Assembly (NCBI GenBank): GCA_965178125.1
Contig: OZ237760.1
Span: 806,001 to 870,000, forward strand
DNA length: 64,000 nucleotides
Source of the DNA: Bilabrum cf. latius
Lineage: Eukaryota
Direction: 5' to 3'
The notes beneath the pieces were generated by a model. It ran no database searches. It saw only the letters and a program-made list of their open reading frames with translations, and had not been told where the DNA came from. This document shows positions 62,480 through 64,000 of the stretch, in pieces. Within the stretch, counting starts at the first letter, position 1; the number at the start of each line of letters is the position of its first letter. A program made the translations under genes and the position numbers.

Positions 62480-62709
62480 TACCGCAACTTCGTCGCAAGC
62501 ACGAATTATTTTTAGATTCGATCAATAGTGCGTGCCTCTGCCGAAGTTCAGGTCTGCCCTTGAGTCGAGCGCGAAAAGCATCACCGCATCATCAGATCCG
62601 GATTTGTGGCCCCGGGCCGAAGGTTCGGTTCAACAACGAAGTTCCGCCATGCGGCTTGATCATGGATCCCGAACCTGTATTTCGGATACTATCTCGTTGG
62701 TTGTTTCAA

Positions 62710-63719
62710 ATGGAGGAGGAGTATGACTACGATGATGATGAAAACTACGACTATATGGCAGAATATGAGGATAATGCATCGGAGCTTGCCGGAGAAGATG
62801 ATCTTGGAGAAGATGATCTTGATGGCGGCGAGGAGGACTCCCCCGGCGTAGTGACGACCCAAGCCAGCGCGTCTGGGTCCGATGGCGTGGCACTATCTGA
62901 TGATACCGTGCAGGTAGCGCAGACGTGCGCAGCTCGGAGGTCTGACAGCGACCAGCCTACTATCGACCGTGCCAACGGCACGCCCGCAATCAAGACAAAT
63001 GCAACTCCCGAGTCCCCGCGCACGTGGCAGCAGTATATACTACGTGTTCACGGAACCAATCCATAGGCCGCGAGGGTGATCGGAGCCAGCCCGGACGCTG
63101 CCAGCAGGCCGAGACATCAGCGCGGAATCCCGTTCTTGAAGCACGTCTCGTTTATTGAATCCCAGGCCTCCCGCCGGCGAGACATGTTCAAGGCTCGGGC
63201 CCGATTGGGATACTTGGCTGGCCTCGCCCGGATGGTTGCACGCCACGATCTAGGCAAGCTGCCGTCGCATGGAGCCCGCCACGCTTCCTCTCGAGCCGGA
63301 GCCCACGGCACCCACGGGGCCGGCGGCGGGTCAGGCGCGAGCGACCGCCAGCCCACCTCTGGCCAGGTGGCCCGCTGCGTGAGCCAGCTGCGGGAGCACC
63401 GCGAGTCCTCTCAGATGGTGGCCCGTCTGCTGTCGAGGCCGCTGCCCGAGTGCCTTGTGGCCCTCCGGCACACGGGCTGGGACGAGAACAGGGCCGTGCA
63501 GTGGCTGCTGGACAAGGCGGAGGGTATTGGGAGGGGCTCTGCCTTCTACAGGGAACTACAGGCATTCAGGGCTGCGGTGCGGCAGGACCAGCTGCACCCC
63601 CCGAGGGAGGACACGGTGAGGAGGCACAGGCCCGAGGCGGTGAGGCTCATGGAGTTCTTCGGGAGGAGCGAGGTGGACGCGATCGTGGCGCTGGACAACA
63701 ACGCGGGCAGCGTGGAAAG
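62710..63719 (+). CDS. First exon of a protein with an acidic N-terminus and UBA-like repeats; in-frame TAG at 63064; probably continues beyond the window
   Basis: MEEEYDYDDDENY...; UBA-like ECLVALRHTGWDENRAVQWLLD and DAIVALDNNAGSVER. The second is cut at AG|GTGAGA, a likely donor at 63720. Confidence 0.6.
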
Positions 63720-63777
63720 GTGAGAAGCCAACGATCCCAGCCCCAGTTGGCGACGGTGGTGCAGACGCCCCCGCCAG

Positions 63778-64000
63778 CTCTCGCCCCTGCTGCCACCCGC
63801 CCATGCAAGTGCCATTGCCTTCCAACTCTCGCCCCTGCTGCCACCCGCCCATGCAAGTGCCATTGCCTTCCAACTCTCGCCCCTGCTGCCACCCGCCCAT
63901 GCAAGTGCCATTGCCTTCCAACTCTCGCCCCTGCTGCCACCCGCCCATGCAAGTGCCATTGCCTTCCAACTCTCGCCCCTGCTGCCACCCGCCCATGCAA
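63778..64000. repeat. 48-bp tandem minisatellite, at least 4.6 perfect copies, runs off the window edge
   Basis: Unit CTCTCGCCCCTGCTGCCACCCGCCCATGCAAGTGCCATTGCCTTCCAA repeated head-to-tail. Confidence 0.95.

Noticed and set aside
1-64000. Widespread pseudogenisation as the explanation for internal stops
   Set aside because: Only TAG interrupts genes. I found no frameshifts or internal TAA/TGA, catalytic motifs are intact, and core genes are affected.
1-64000. Pyrrolysine decoding, or A-to-I editing (UAG to Trp), as the explanation
   Set aside because: The context is eukaryotic with no pyl genes. TAGs are spread through disordered regions, QE repeats and E/Q columns, not Trp positions. RNA editing can only be formally excluded with cDNA.
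1-64000. TAGs as acceptors of tiny introns
   Set aside because: Most have no nearby upstream GT donor of the local GTGAG/GTAAG type, and motif spacing in the kinase, DOT1 and FAH genes leaves no room for deletions.
63778-64000. CRISPR-like array
   Set aside because: Units are contiguous and identical, with no unique spacers and no cas genes.

Overview
GC-rich, gene-dense eukaryotic nuclear DNA with short GT-AG introns near gene 5' ends. CEP290 implies a flagellated cell, and the Ala/Gly/Arg-rich low-complexity proteins resemble bicosoecid-type stramenopiles (inference only). The main signal is a non-canonical genetic code. The ORF track is fragmented because about 62 in-frame TAG codons (manual count) interrupt 15 of the 19 genes I could model. 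Every break keeps the frame and is a TAG, never TAA or TGA. Of the 17 gene ends inside the window, 15 are TGA, 2 are TAA and none is TAG. Sequence contexts point to TAG = Gln with TAA still a stop, a rare uncoupling of UAG from UAA. Reading TAG as sense restores TECR, RAD54B, DOT1, an FAH-family hydrolase, CEP290, a FIS1-like protein, a myristoylated AGC kinase, an Asp/Asn beta-hydroxylase-domain protein and a ~4,560-aa protein. UBL5, NADP-IDH, a C2-domain protein and a methyltransferase-like protein contain no TAG. I saw no tRNA, rRNA, mobile element or CRISPR array.
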